Below, piece by piece: positions 54,022 to 63,851 of a DNA stretch of 64,000 nt. Numbering within the stretch: position 1 is the stretch's first letter; every line of letters begins with the position of its first letter. The notes beneath the pieces are model-generated. The model ran no database searches. It saw nothing but the letters and a program-made list of their open reading frames with translations, and was not told the origin of the DNA. The DNA comes from an uncultured Bacteroidales bacterium (GTDB taxonomy: Bacteria; Bacteroidota; Bacteroidia; Bacteroidales; FEN-979): the NCBI GenBank assembly GCA_903885595.1, contig CAISJJ010000019.1, positions 8,697-72,696 of the forward strand, in the 5' to 3' direction. A program made the position numbers and the translations under genes.

Positions 54022-54651
54022 TTATTTACGGCATTTGATGATATATGCTTTCCTGAATTCGTAATTGATATCGCGGAATCCTGCGAATTTCAAAGCATCG
54101 ACAACCTGCCCGATTGAATATTTACAAAAGATGCCATCTTTTGTAAATTTCTTCTTCTTTAAATAATCGCCGGAAGCCATAAATATACAAAACAGACCAC
54201 CGTCTTTAAGAAGTGTTTTTATCTTTGAAAATGGTTCATCCAAATTGATCCAAAAATAAATCACATTTGTACAGAAAATAATATCATACTGATCGGGAAT
54301 CATTTCAGCTGTTAAAAAATCTCCATGATATAATTCCGCCTTACCGTTTTTGATGTGTTTTTTATTCTTTTTACTTGCCAGCTTGTACATAAGGTCGGAA
54401 AAATCAATTCCCGACACAAAACAATCATAACCTGACCCTATTTTGTCAATACCGACGCCGAGTCCATAACCTATTTCGAGGATCCTGTCATTTTGTTTTA
54501 TGCCCAGTCCAGGTATTATTTTATCGTAGACCGGGATATTTCCCCGGGTCATTTTTTTAGCGATAATTCTGCCTAATAATCCTGAAGGTTTCCTGTATTG
54601 ATTGCCGATCAACCGGTACATGTGTGTTGTTTTTAACGTGTAATACTTCAA
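54022..54651 (-). CDS. Class I SAM-dependent methyltransferase
   Basis: It has motif I ILEIGYGLGVG, an acidic motif II (SGIDFS) and motif post-II (YDIIFCTNVIYF). Confidence 0.85.
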   Translation of the reverse strand: MKYYTLKTTHMYRLIGNQYRKPSGLLGRIIAKKMTRGNIPVYDKIIPGLGIKQNDRILEIGYGLGVGIDKIGSGYDCFVSGIDFSDLMYKLASKKNKKHIKNGKAELYHGDFLTAEMIPDQYDIIFCTNVIYFWINLDEPFSKIKTLLKDGGLFCIFMASGDYLKKKKFTKDGIFCKYSIGQVVDALKFAGFRDINYEFRKAYIIKCRK

Positions 54652-54886
54652 TTATAAAAGGATAGTAAAACGGGATATGTGAAACGGATGCGGAGATCCT
54701 AAGTGATAATGTAATCTTCATGGTTCAGTGATATTATTGTCAAACACGGTGACTCCTCATTGGAATTCTGTCAAAAAGATTGTTTAAGCAAATATACTTA
54801 GGATTGTTACCAATTCAAACTCACCCGCTAATTTTTCAGGCGAAATCAAAGATAGCCACACAATGCTATGCGGGGTGAAAAATTGT

Positions 54887-54894
54887 TAATTTTG
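54887..54894 (+). promoter_or_regulatory. -7 promoter box TAATTTTG
   Basis: It matches TAnnTTTG and ends 20 nt before the ATG at 54915. Confidence 0.4.
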
Positions 54895-54914
54895 TAAAAT
54901 ATAACGATTTGATA

Positions 54915-56585
54915 ATGAGAATTTACTTTTTTGTTTTCATTTTCATCACATTCATTGTTTCCTGCAGCAAGAAAGATGAACCAGTTGCAATACCGCCGGA
55001 CGCGGCTGTTTCTACGCTTGCCTGTTCTTTTGCTACGGCAACGCCGGTGGCTATTGCCGGCAGTGAATACTCAGGTGTCATAACAGTGCCTTACACAGGA
55101 GGCAATGGTGCAATTTACAATGCAGGTGCCCCGATTGCCTCGACCGGTTTAACAGGTCTTACCGCTACTTTGCAAGGAGGCACATTATCCTATGGTCAGG
55201 GTAACTTTATCTATGTCGTAACCGGGACACCTTCTGCAACAGGAGCGGCCTCTTTTGCAATTTCTTTTGGCAGCTTGTCCTGTACCTTTTCTTTAGCAGT
55301 TGGAGAACAACCCCTGATCCAGTATGGAACTCCGTTTACAGGTGTTCCGGATGGGCGTGATGCGGTTATTTACCAGGTAAATATGCGTGCTTTCAGCTCT
55401 TCCCGGAATTTCCAGGGCGTAATTAACCGGCTTGATTCCATTAAGGCCCTGGGTGTAAATGTGATTTACCTGATGCCGGTTTATACTGTTGGAATTTTCA
55501 AGGCGATTAATTCACCCTATTGTGTAAAAGATTATAAGGCAGTAAATACTGAATTCGGAACGCTCACCGATTTACGGAACCTGATTGACGGGGCACATAG
55601 CCGGGGCATGGCGGTAATCCTTGACTGGGTGGCAAATCACACCTCATGGGATAATGCATGGATCGACAGTCATAAAGATTGGTACAAGCAGGATGGCGCC
55701 GGTAATATTGTAAGTCCATCAATGGGGTGGAATGATGTAGCCCAGCTTAATTTCAGCAATGCAGCCATGCGCCTGGAGATGATCAGGTGCATGAAATACT
55801 GGGTTTATACGGTCAATTGCGACGGATTCAGGTGCGATTATGCCGATGGCCCGCCCAACGATTTCTGGATACAGGCTATTGATACTTTAAGAAATATAAG
55901 AACCCATAATTTACTGATGCTTGCTGAGTCAAACAACACATCAAAATACGGAGCAGGATTTGATTATATTTTTGGTTTTAATTTTTATTCTAAATTAAAA
56001 TCGATTTTTAGCAATAATGTATCAGTTCAAACTATCGACAATATAAATAATTCGGATTACAATGGTGTATTAAACAGCCGGCAACAAGTTGTGCGATATT
56101 TGACCAACCATGATGTAAACAGTTCGGAGGGAACAACACTTGATTTATTCGGCGGCAGTTCCGGTTCGATGGCGGCTTTTGTGGCAACCGCCTGCATGAA
56201 AGGTGTTCCGATGATATACAATGGCCAGGAGGTGGGAACAACTTATCGATTGTATTTTCTGACACTGGGGAACACCATCAACTGGAATCAGAATCAACCC
56301 ATGGTTGAGGAATACAAAAAAATTATTGCCATCAGAAACAGCAGTGTGCCTATAAGAAGAGGCCAGTTAACATCATACAGCAATACAAATATTTGTGCAT
56401 TTACCAAAGAGCAGGGAGCCGAAAAGGTTTTCGTCGCATCAAACTTGAGAAATACCAGCATCAGCTATACGCTGCCTGCAAGTGTGGCTAATTCTACCTG
56501 GACGGATGCCATGAATGGCGCCTCGGTCTCCTTAACAAGTCAGCTTAACCTGGCGCCCTATAGTTATCGGATTTTTAAGAAATAA
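54915..56585 (+). CDS. Lipoprotein GH13-family alpha-amylase
   Basis: I place the start at the ATG at 54915 (MRIYFFVFIFITFIVSC followed by SKKDEP). The GH13 conserved regions are present: VILDWVANHTS (I), GFRCDYA (II, nucleophile Asp), LMLAE (III, Glu) and YLTNHD (IV). Confidence 0.9.
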   Translation: MRIYFFVFIFITFIVSCSKKDEPVAIPPDAAVSTLACSFATATPVAIAGSEYSGVITVPYTGGNGAIYNAGAPIASTGLTGLTATLQGGTLSYGQGNFIYVVTGTPSATGAASFAISFGSLSCTFSLAVGEQPLIQYGTPFTGVPDGRDAVIYQVNMRAFSSSRNFQGVINRLDSIKALGVNVIYLMPVYTVGIFKAINSPYCVKDYKAVNTEFGTLTDLRNLIDGAHSRGMAVILDWVANHTSWDNAWIDSHKDWYKQDGAGNIVSPSMGWNDVAQLNFSNAAMRLEMIRCMKYWVYTVNCDGFRCDYADGPPNDFWIQAIDTLRNIRTHNLLMLAESNNTSKYGAGFDYIFGFNFYSKLKSIFSNNVSVQTIDNINNSDYNGVLNSRQQVVRYLTNHDVNSSEGTTLDLFGGSSGSMAAFVATACMKGVPMIYNGQEVGTTYRLYFLTLGNTINWNQNQPMVEEYKKIIAIRNSSVPIRRGQLTSYSNTNICAFTKEQGAEKVFVASNLRNTSISYTLPASVANSTWTDAMNGASVSLTSQLNLAPYSYRIFKK

Positions 56586-56625
56586 AGTTACAAATAGGCT
56601 CACAGAAAAAAAAATATTTATAAAG

Positions 56626-57900
56626 ATGAAAACGAAATATTGGTTTTTCCCGGTCATTACCGTAATCCTTTTATTTCAGCTTTTTCCCAGCTGCTCAAAT
56701 CCTGAATACCAGTCCTGCGATGAACTTGACAAGCTTAACTGGTCGGAGCGGAACTACAAAATGCTGAACCAGATGATCAAAGATTACGGTATCGGAGGAA
56801 AGTATTATGATGCAAGCGAAACCCCCTATATTGTGATGGACTGGGACCAGACGTGCGCTCATTTTGATGTGGAGGAGGCCTTGATGCGATACCAGTTATT
56901 CAACCTGCATTTTAAGTTTTCGGAGGATCAGTTTAAAAATTTTCTCAAAGACACCATCAACGGGGTAACGCAATTGTCGGAAAACTTCAATAACATAAGG
57001 CTGGCCGATATCAACGCTGACCTGGAGAGTGATTATCAATTTATCCGGGATAATTACCAGGGCTTCAATGGAAAGATGACACTTGAAGCAATCAAGCTAA
57101 CGCCCCAATATAACGATTTCAGCGTTAAGATGCTGTTTTTGGTTGAGGGATATCTCGATACACCGGGCATCGGAATGGATCATGCCTACCTTTGGGAAGT
57201 ATATCTGCTGACCGGCTTTACAATTGATGAAGTAAAGGCCATCGCCCAGAAGGCTATCTCGTACGAACTCGCAAACCAGATCGGCAGCCACACCCTGCAC
57301 TCGCCTCCCGGGCTAAAAACCAAAGCAGGTGTGGTTAGCTATTCATTTAATTCAGGCCTGCGTGTTTTTCCCGAAATGCAGAACCTGATTTCAACCTGCC
57401 AGGGCCACGGTATTGATGTGTATATCGTTTCGGCAAGTTATAAGCCGGTTGTTGAAGTGTTTTCGGGTGTGGGAACCTATGGCTACAATTTATCCCCGGA
57501 AAATGTAATCGGGATGGAACTTGCCACCGATGCGAGCGGTAAAATAATTCCAGAGTATAAAGCCGGCTGGGTTAAAACGGTACGGGGAGGAAAGGTTGAG
57601 GCTATTAACAAGGCTATAAAATCCCTGCCTGGCAAAAACCATGATCCTTTATTTGCAGCCGGTGACAGTGATGGGGACATTGAAATGCTTACACAGTTTC
57701 AGGGAATGAAACTAAGTCTGATCTGGAACCGGGCGAAAGGCGGGGAGATCGGCAAACTCAGCAAACAAGCCGTCGACGAAATGGAAAGCTCCAACCCAAG
57801 GTTTATCCTCCAGGGCCGCAATGAAAATACCGGGATGGCAAGGGCATCATCGGAATCGATACTTCTTGGAAAAACAGAACCGGTATTGTTAAAACAATAG
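56626..57900 (+). CDS. Secreted HAD-superfamily hydrolase (HAD-IB-like with large cap)
   Basis: It has a lipobox-like LFPSC. The HAD motifs are motif I DWDQT (IVMDWDQTC), motif II VSAS and motif IV GDSDGD. Confidence 0.8.
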   Translation: MKTKYWFFPVITVILLFQLFPSCSNPEYQSCDELDKLNWSERNYKMLNQMIKDYGIGGKYYDASETPYIVMDWDQTCAHFDVEEALMRYQLFNLHFKFSEDQFKNFLKDTINGVTQLSENFNNIRLADINADLESDYQFIRDNYQGFNGKMTLEAIKLTPQYNDFSVKMLFLVEGYLDTPGIGMDHAYLWEVYLLTGFTIDEVKAIAQKAISYELANQIGSHTLHSPPGLKTKAGVVSYSFNSGLRVFPEMQNLISTCQGHGIDVYIVSASYKPVVEVFSGVGTYGYNLSPENVIGMELATDASGKIIPEYKAGWVKTVRGGKVEAINKAIKSLPGKNHDPLFAAGDSDGDIEMLTQFQGMKLSLIWNRAKGGEIGKLSKQAVDEMESSNPRFILQGRNENTGMARASSESILLGKTEPVLLKQ

Positions 57901-57990
57901 GTTTAAAAATCGGAGCAGATGACAAATGTGACTACCTCCGATAGGTATAATTGCCCGGTTTAACTAGTTTATATTGGTAATCAAGGTAGT

Positions 57991-60900
57991 TTATTGAATG
58001 CTCAATGGCAGGGAAAACCTGAAATCGCTGCCTTTCCCGGGTACACTCTCCACCCAGATTCTACCTCCGTGTTTTTCTACAAACTCTTTGCACAGGGTCA
58101 ACCCAATCCCGGTGCCTTTTTCATTTGAGGTTCCGGGTCTTGAGTAACTGGTGGTAATGTCCCAGAGTTTCGGGATGTCTTCTTCATTGATGCCGATGCC
58201 ATTGTCAGAGACTGTGATAACTGCCATCTCCTGATCAATTTGGCTGAATATTTGTATCTTTCCGCCAGGATTCGTGAATTTAATCGCATTTGACAGCAGG
58301 TTCCTTATTACGGTTTTATACATGTTTACGTCTGCTGTAAGGATAAGGTGCCCGCTTTTTTCCGAACATGTTATCGTGATCTGTTTGCTGTTTGCACTTT
58401 CAATGAGGTTCCCGATAATTTCATTACAGGTTTCATAAAAAAGGATCTTTTCAGGAACGAAAGGCAGTTTCCCGGTTTGCAGATTTGCCCACATCAGGAT
58501 ATCTTCCAGCAGTTTGAAAGTTTGTGAAGAGATCCGGTGAATGATGCTAACCTGTTTTTCAATAATGTCTTTGTCGAATTCATTCAGATTTTCCAGCAGT
58601 AATTCTGAAAATCCGAGCAATGAATTAAACGGACTGCGCAGATCGTGAGCGATAATTGAGAAAAATTTATCCTTTGTTGCATTGATCTCATGTAATTCCT
58701 TGTTTTGTTCCAGGATCCGCATTTCTGCTTGCTTGCGCTCAGTTATATCAATGGTGAATCCGGCAAGATAGGGGCGCTTACCTTCCAGGTGGATTGGGAA
58801 TTTTATGGTGGTGTAGATCCGGTCTCCAAGCGATTCTTCAAATTCCATAGGTTTTCCTCCGGTTAACACCCTCATATCCTCGTCGATAATTTGGTTTGCA
58901 AAGGCAGGAGGGAACAACTCATGCATCGATTTTCCGATCGATTCATTTAACGGTATCCCGTTCACTTCAGCAAAATTAGGACTTAACCTGACAGCTTTTA
59001 AATCGGAATCCTTTACAAAAATATAGATCGGGCTGTTCTCGAGCAATGTGTTGAACAGTTTTTCCCCTTCTTCGGCAATCTCTTTGGCCCGTATCAGCGC
59101 TTCGTTGGTAATGACCAGCTCTTCGTTGATGTCAGCAAGTTCGGTGGTTCGCTCTGCCACCTTCATTTCAAGGTTATTGATCAGCAACGCATTTTCGATG
59201 GAGATCACAGCCTGCGAAACGATGATCTGTAATACTTCAAGCCGCTCTTCAGAAAATGCATGAGGAAGAAGGTTGTTTTCGAGATATAACAATCCGATCA
59301 GGTTGCCCTGTGAAAGCAAGGGCTGGCATAACAATGATCTGACATCATGGCTACTGATATAGGAGTCTGTTTTGAAATTGCTGTCAAAACTGGCATTTCC
59401 AAGTACAATACGCTGCCTGGTCCGGCTCACGAAATGAACGATACCCTGTGAGAGTTTCCCGCTATTGCCGATGGGCTCAGATACCTGTACCCTGACCTCT
59501 TCATTTTTAGCGTTTATCTCGGCTTCAATGAACAAGAGGCCATTTCGTTCTAAAATCAGGAATCCGCGTTCTGCCCCTGCATATTCTATAGCAAGGGTCA
59601 TCAGTTTTTTCAGCAGATCCGGCAACCTGATCTCACCTGAAAGCACCTGCGAGACTTTGATGATAGTACTTTCATCAAAACTGATAGCCTTGAACCTATC
59701 GCTGACAAGCAACCTGGCATATTTTTTTTCAAGATCCTTCAATTTCGCCCTGGCTCCCCAGGCTTTGTAACAGCGGTAGGCTTCGCTGAGATACAGGTGG
59801 GCGAATTTTTCATTTTTCAGCGACAGCCAGAATTTGGCAGCCCTTTCGTTGGCAAAGGCTTCAATATATATGAATTCATTCTCACCCGCCAGTTCAATAG
59901 CGTGGTCATACATTCCAATAGCGCCGGCAATATCTCCTTTCACCCGCGCAAGTTCTGCATCGATCAGCCAAAGATTATGCCCGTGGTTCATCGGTGCATG
60001 CTCTGCCCAGACCTTAAAATCGTTCCTGTTACTATTGATGCGTTTAATAAAATTCGAATATTCCGGATCATTTTCATCTTTTATCAAGGCCAGTAAGGCA
60101 ATGGTCTCGGTGAATTTAAAAAACGGGATGTGATAGGTGGATGTTGCTCCTGGCAGGTTTTCGTTGCCTTTACTGATATATTCCAGCGTATGTTCGTACT
60201 TTTCAAATATCAGACCCAGGAACGATTTAAATGTATAAAAAACAAAAAGGGCGGTCATCCCCCTTGTCTGTAAATCGTCAGCGCTGACCTGTCCTTCATT
60301 GAAGTTTTCGCCGAACAACAGATCCTGTTCATCATCCTTGGATATAAAATTTTCGAAGACCTGATGATAAATTTGCAGCAGAATGTAATGCAGCGAATTC
60401 TCCTGGTGGAGCCCGGTCAGTTTTGACTGGTTGCTATCGAGTTCGCTGCAAAGGAACCCAAGGGATTTGCCGGCAAAGAACGAATAGTAACAATAACCAT
60501 GTATGCAGTCGACGGCATAAGGGATGTCCCCCGATTCCAGCCCGGTTTGATGAGCCTCTTTGAGAAATGGTATTCCCGTGATGACATGCTGTTTCCAGTG
60601 TGCGATCAGATTGTAGAAAATGACCGTAGTTTGTGCCGTGAACTCCCTGTATCCTGTTTTCTTCAATAGTTCGGTGGCAAGTATTCCGAACCGGAATCCC
60701 TTTTCGTAATCATTGGCCACGGCGCACAGAACCAGCCCATACACTGCATACCCCGGGATTGAATGGGGTGCATTCCCGTATTTTACAGATAATTCAACAC
60801 ATGTGGCAGCCAACAATGGAAAATACTGGGGTGCAACGAAAAAGATGCCGTGGAGGAGGCTTGAGATGATTCTCAGGGTCTCGATCTTTTCAGGTTCCTC

Positions 60901-63282
60901 CATATTGGGCAGGGCGAGCAAATCATCAAAGTTTTTCTCCTTCAGCAATGCTTCGATGTTGAGCAATGCGGATTGAATATCTTCAGGGGTTACAGTTGCC
61001 GGATAAACAATGCCCAGCATTTTCAGTGTTTCGAAAGAGAATTTAACAGCTTCTGCCGGGTTGTTTACGGAATAGAAGGAGAGAATCCTGAGGTGGCTGA
61101 TCTTTACCTTATCCAGGACATCCCTTACATGTTGACTTGCTGATTCAATATAGGAATCCATGCCGTCCAGGTCCCCTGAAAGTATAGAAGATTCAATGAG
61201 CGAGTAGAAAACACCGAAAACCAGGGAATAGTTATCCGTCCACGAACTGGCGGGAAGCAGCTCTTTTGCAGTTCTGAAGAACATCAATGCATCGGAATAG
61301 GCAACCGATTTTTTCGCCTTGATCCCGGCCCTGAGGTTTAACCGGGCCAGCTGAAGTTTTTCTGTGGTTGTTTGAAGGAGTTCACGGGCAATATTCAGGT
61401 GGCTGACGATCTCAAAGAGGTTTTCATCCTCGGCCAGTTCATGTTTCTGTTGGAGCAGGTATTGTCCGATCCTGAAATGAACCACTTTAAGTTCCTCCAT
61501 GGGGATCAGGGAGTAGACCGCCATCTGTATCTGGTCGTGCGAAAACCGGTACACCGCCTCCTTTTCAGCGTTAAACGAAATGATGATATTTTCCCTGGTG
61601 GCCCACCTCAGAATTCGATTAACCTCGTCAGGAGGATTGATGGATAATTGCAGTAACATGCCAGAGTTGAACTGGTTCCCCATTGCAGAAGCAAGCATGA
61701 GAAGCTCCCGAGCCCCGGCAGGGAATTCATTGATTTTCCTGATCAGGAACCCGGCCAGGTTGTCGGTCAGGTTCATAGTTCCTATTTCCTTCATATTCCA
61801 GGTCCATCTGTTTGTCATGGAATCGAACGAAATGATTTTGGTATGGTAGAGGGAGGTTAAAAACTGCTTGAAATAAAACGGATTGCCTTCGGTTTTTTTC
61901 AAACATAATTTAGCCAGTGGGTTGGCTTCTTCTTCGGTGCATTTCAGGGTGTTGGCAATTATTCCAGCCATATCCCGCTTCTCCAGTGGTTTCAGAAGGA
62001 TGGATTGGATCGCCCCTGATTTTTTATCAAGTCGGTTCATGGCCTGTATCAGCGGATGATGAAGATCGACCTCGTTGTCGCGGTATGCTCCTATCATCAG
62101 GATACACTTGTTTCCCGGAGTCGTAATGATCATCTCCAGCAGGTTCAGTGTTGCCTGGTCGATCCATTGAATATCATCCAGAAATATCACCAGGGGATTC
62201 TCTTTCTGTGTAAAGACCTCAACAAATCGTTCAAGAACAAAGTGAAAACGATGCTGTGTTTCGGTGGGTCCCAGCTCCTTCACGCGGGGTTGCCTACCGA
62301 TAATCAGTTCAAGTCCGGGTAAAACGTCGACCATAACCTGCCCGTTAACCGTCAAGGCCGTTTCCAGCTTTGATCTCCATGCACCCAGGCTGGCAGGGCT
62401 TTCGGTAAGCAGCCGGGTAATCAACCCGTTGAATGCCTGGATCAGCGCTGAAAAGGGCGTATTCCGCTTGTATTGCTCGCATTTTCCAGAAACGAAATAA
62501 CCTTTTTTTTCGAGGAGTTTATCGCGAAACTGGTTCACCAGTAGGGTTTTCCCGATCCCCGGAGGACCTGTGATCAGCAGGAGTTCTGCCGGCCGGTCCA
62601 CGATCCGGTCAATGGCGTCCGACAAAAACTCCGTCTCCTTTTCTCTTCCGAAGAGTTTTTGATGGATTTCGAAACGACCTGAAAAATCATTTTCCCCGAT
62701 TAGGAAACGGAGCTGCGACGAATTTTTTGGATCAGCCAGGAATGAAAGGCATTTTTCAAGATCATGTTTTAATCCATTCGCAGACTGATACCGGTCCTCC
62801 GCATTTTTCGACAACAGTTTCATGACGATTTCCGAGACTACCTCTGGTATTGAGGAGTCAACCTTGTGCGGAGCCACGGGAGTCAGGGCAACAATGGCAT
62901 GAATGAGCTCAAAATCATCGGAACAGGTATAGGGAAGCTGCCCGGTAAGCTGCTGGTACAGGTAAATACCAAATGAATAAAGGTCAGTCCGGTAATCTAC
63001 CTGACGGTTGATCCTTCCCGTTTGTTCAGGCGATGTGTACTGGGAAAATGATTGTCCTGCCCTGGTAATTAGCAACGGGAACCCTTCGACCCCATTCTGC
63101 TGTATTGAATCGAGGTTAAGATTCCCGTGATATTCATCCCGATAATGTATCGCGGCAAGTTGTTCGCATAGGCTGCACGCCGACCTGAGGATATGGCTTA
63201 AGTCCATTGTATCTGTTTTTTTGCAACAAGGAATCCAGTATGAATGTATGAAACGTATTTCAAAGCTAAAGAAATAGAGCAT
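57991..63282 (-). CDS. Giant multidomain sensor: truncated kinase-like domain / AAA(+)-type NTPase / long helical (TPR-like) region / GAF / PAS / histidine kinase
   Basis: It has a kinase C-lobe-like region (TSPEQTGRINRQVDYRTDLYSFGIYLYQQLTGQLPY), a Walker A (ITGPPGIGKT) and a GAF-like segment. A coiled coil and PAS region follow, then an H-box (IAHDLRSPFNS). The HATPase boxes are LLSNAIKFT, DNGIGI and GTGIGL. An alternative start is the ATG at 63207 (MDLSHILRS...). Confidence 0.9.
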   Translation of the reverse strand: MLYFFSFEIRFIHSYWIPCCKKTDTMDLSHILRSACSLCEQLAAIHYRDEYHGNLNLDSIQQNGVEGFPLLITRAGQSFSQYTSPEQTGRINRQVDYRTDLYSFGIYLYQQLTGQLPYTCSDDFELIHAIVALTPVAPHKVDSSIPEVVSEIVMKLLSKNAEDRYQSANGLKHDLEKCLSFLADPKNSSQLRFLIGENDFSGRFEIHQKLFGREKETEFLSDAIDRIVDRPAELLLITGPPGIGKTLLVNQFRDKLLEKKGYFVSGKCEQYKRNTPFSALIQAFNGLITRLLTESPASLGAWRSKLETALTVNGQVMVDVLPGLELIIGRQPRVKELGPTETQHRFHFVLERFVEVFTQKENPLVIFLDDIQWIDQATLNLLEMIITTPGNKCILMIGAYRDNEVDLHHPLIQAMNRLDKKSGAIQSILLKPLEKRDMAGIIANTLKCTEEEANPLAKLCLKKTEGNPFYFKQFLTSLYHTKIISFDSMTNRWTWNMKEIGTMNLTDNLAGFLIRKINEFPAGARELLMLASAMGNQFNSGMLLQLSINPPDEVNRILRWATRENIIISFNAEKEAVYRFSHDQIQMAVYSLIPMEELKVVHFRIGQYLLQQKHELAEDENLFEIVSHLNIARELLQTTTEKLQLARLNLRAGIKAKKSVAYSDALMFFRTAKELLPASSWTDNYSLVFGVFYSLIESSILSGDLDGMDSYIESASQHVRDVLDKVKISHLRILSFYSVNNPAEAVKFSFETLKMLGIVYPATVTPEDIQSALLNIEALLKEKNFDDLLALPNMEEPEKIETLRIISSLLHGIFFVAPQYFPLLAATCVELSVKYGNAPHSIPGYAVYGLVLCAVANDYEKGFRFGILATELLKKTGYREFTAQTTVIFYNLIAHWKQHVITGIPFLKEAHQTGLESGDIPYAVDCIHGYCYYSFFAGKSLGFLCSELDSNQSKLTGLHQENSLHYILLQIYHQVFENFISKDDEQDLLFGENFNEGQVSADDLQTRGMTALFVFYTFKSFLGLIFEKYEHTLEYISKGNENLPGATSTYHIPFFKFTETIALLALIKDENDPEYSNFIKRINSNRNDFKVWAEHAPMNHGHNLWLIDAELARVKGDIAGAIGMYDHAIELAGENEFIYIEAFANERAAKFWLSLKNEKFAHLYLSEAYRCYKAWGARAKLKDLEKKYARLLVSDRFKAISFDESTIIKVSQVLSGEIRLPDLLKKLMTLAIEYAGAERGFLILERNGLLFIEAEINAKNEEVRVQVSEPIGNSGKLSQGIVHFVSRTRQRIVLGNASFDSNFKTDSYISSHDVRSLLCQPLLSQGNLIGLLYLENNLLPHAFSEERLEVLQIIVSQAVISIENALLINNLEMKVAERTTELADINEELVITNEALIRAKEIAEEGEKLFNTLLENSPIYIFVKDSDLKAVRLSPNFAEVNGIPLNESIGKSMHELFPPAFANQIIDEDMRVLTGGKPMEFEESLGDRIYTTIKFPIHLEGKRPYLAGFTIDITERKQAEMRILEQNKELHEINATKDKFFSIIAHDLRSPFNSLLGFSELLLENLNEFDKDIIEKQVSIIHRISSQTFKLLEDILMWANLQTGKLPFVPEKILFYETCNEIIGNLIESANSKQITITCSEKSGHLILTADVNMYKTVIRNLLSNAIKFTNPGGKIQIFSQIDQEMAVITVSDNGIGINEEDIPKLWDITTSYSRPGTSNEKGTGIGLTLCKEFVEKHGGRIWVESVPGKGSDFRFSLPLSIQ

Positions 63283-63330
63283 ATAAATCCATAAATTTCA
63301 CCTGTTAATATTTATTTTTCAAAAAACGGC

Positions 63331-63397
63331 CATTTGCAATACCCATAAATTAACATTCACGATTTGCCTGAACGTTGTGTTATGGGTATTTCATGTG
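63331..63397 (-). repeat. Copy C of the conserved inverted-repeat element (best-paired copy)
   Basis: The plus strand reads catttgcaatacccataaattaacattcacgatttgcctgaacgttgtgttatgggtatttcatgtg. It has a perfect 11-bp inverted repeat, aatacccataa (63338-63348) and ttatgggtatt (63380-63390), around a 31-nt spacer. It lies 49 nt upstream of the ATG at 63282. Confidence 0.7.
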
Positions 63398-63851
63398 TTG
63401 GGTTTATTTTTTATTAAGCGTAACGAATGTGGAATACGCGAAGATTCTTTCTATTTCAGGGCATCCAGAAATTATAAATTCCCATTTGATAAACACATGA
63501 TCACCAACCTAAGTTCGAAGAAGGTGTTCGTCAAAATGCATGGCACAGCTTATAACATTGAAGTGGGGAGCACAAAGTCTTTTTGGCCTACGCGTTTTTG
63601 AGCCAATCCGCGAAATCGCTCAGAAATCTATTCGAATTGTACATCCAAAAACCCAGGTAAAAAACACATCAATCAAAATAAAAGTTATATTAAAACTGTT
63701 CAATTCCATACAGATAGCTGATAAATCACATGCGGTTTCCCTTCGCCGGTTATTTATGGCCCACCCTTTGTATGTCTAACAGCACTGGACAGAAGTTCAG
63801 GTCTCGTCTGAGTGGAGCAATCACTGTATTAATTAAAGGAACGGAGGTAAA

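Noticed and set aside
57909-57942. Bidirectional terminator between the convergent HAD and sensor genes
   Set aside because: It has only a 7-bp stem (atcggag / ctccgat) with a 20-nt loop and no flanking T or A tracts. That is too weak to call.
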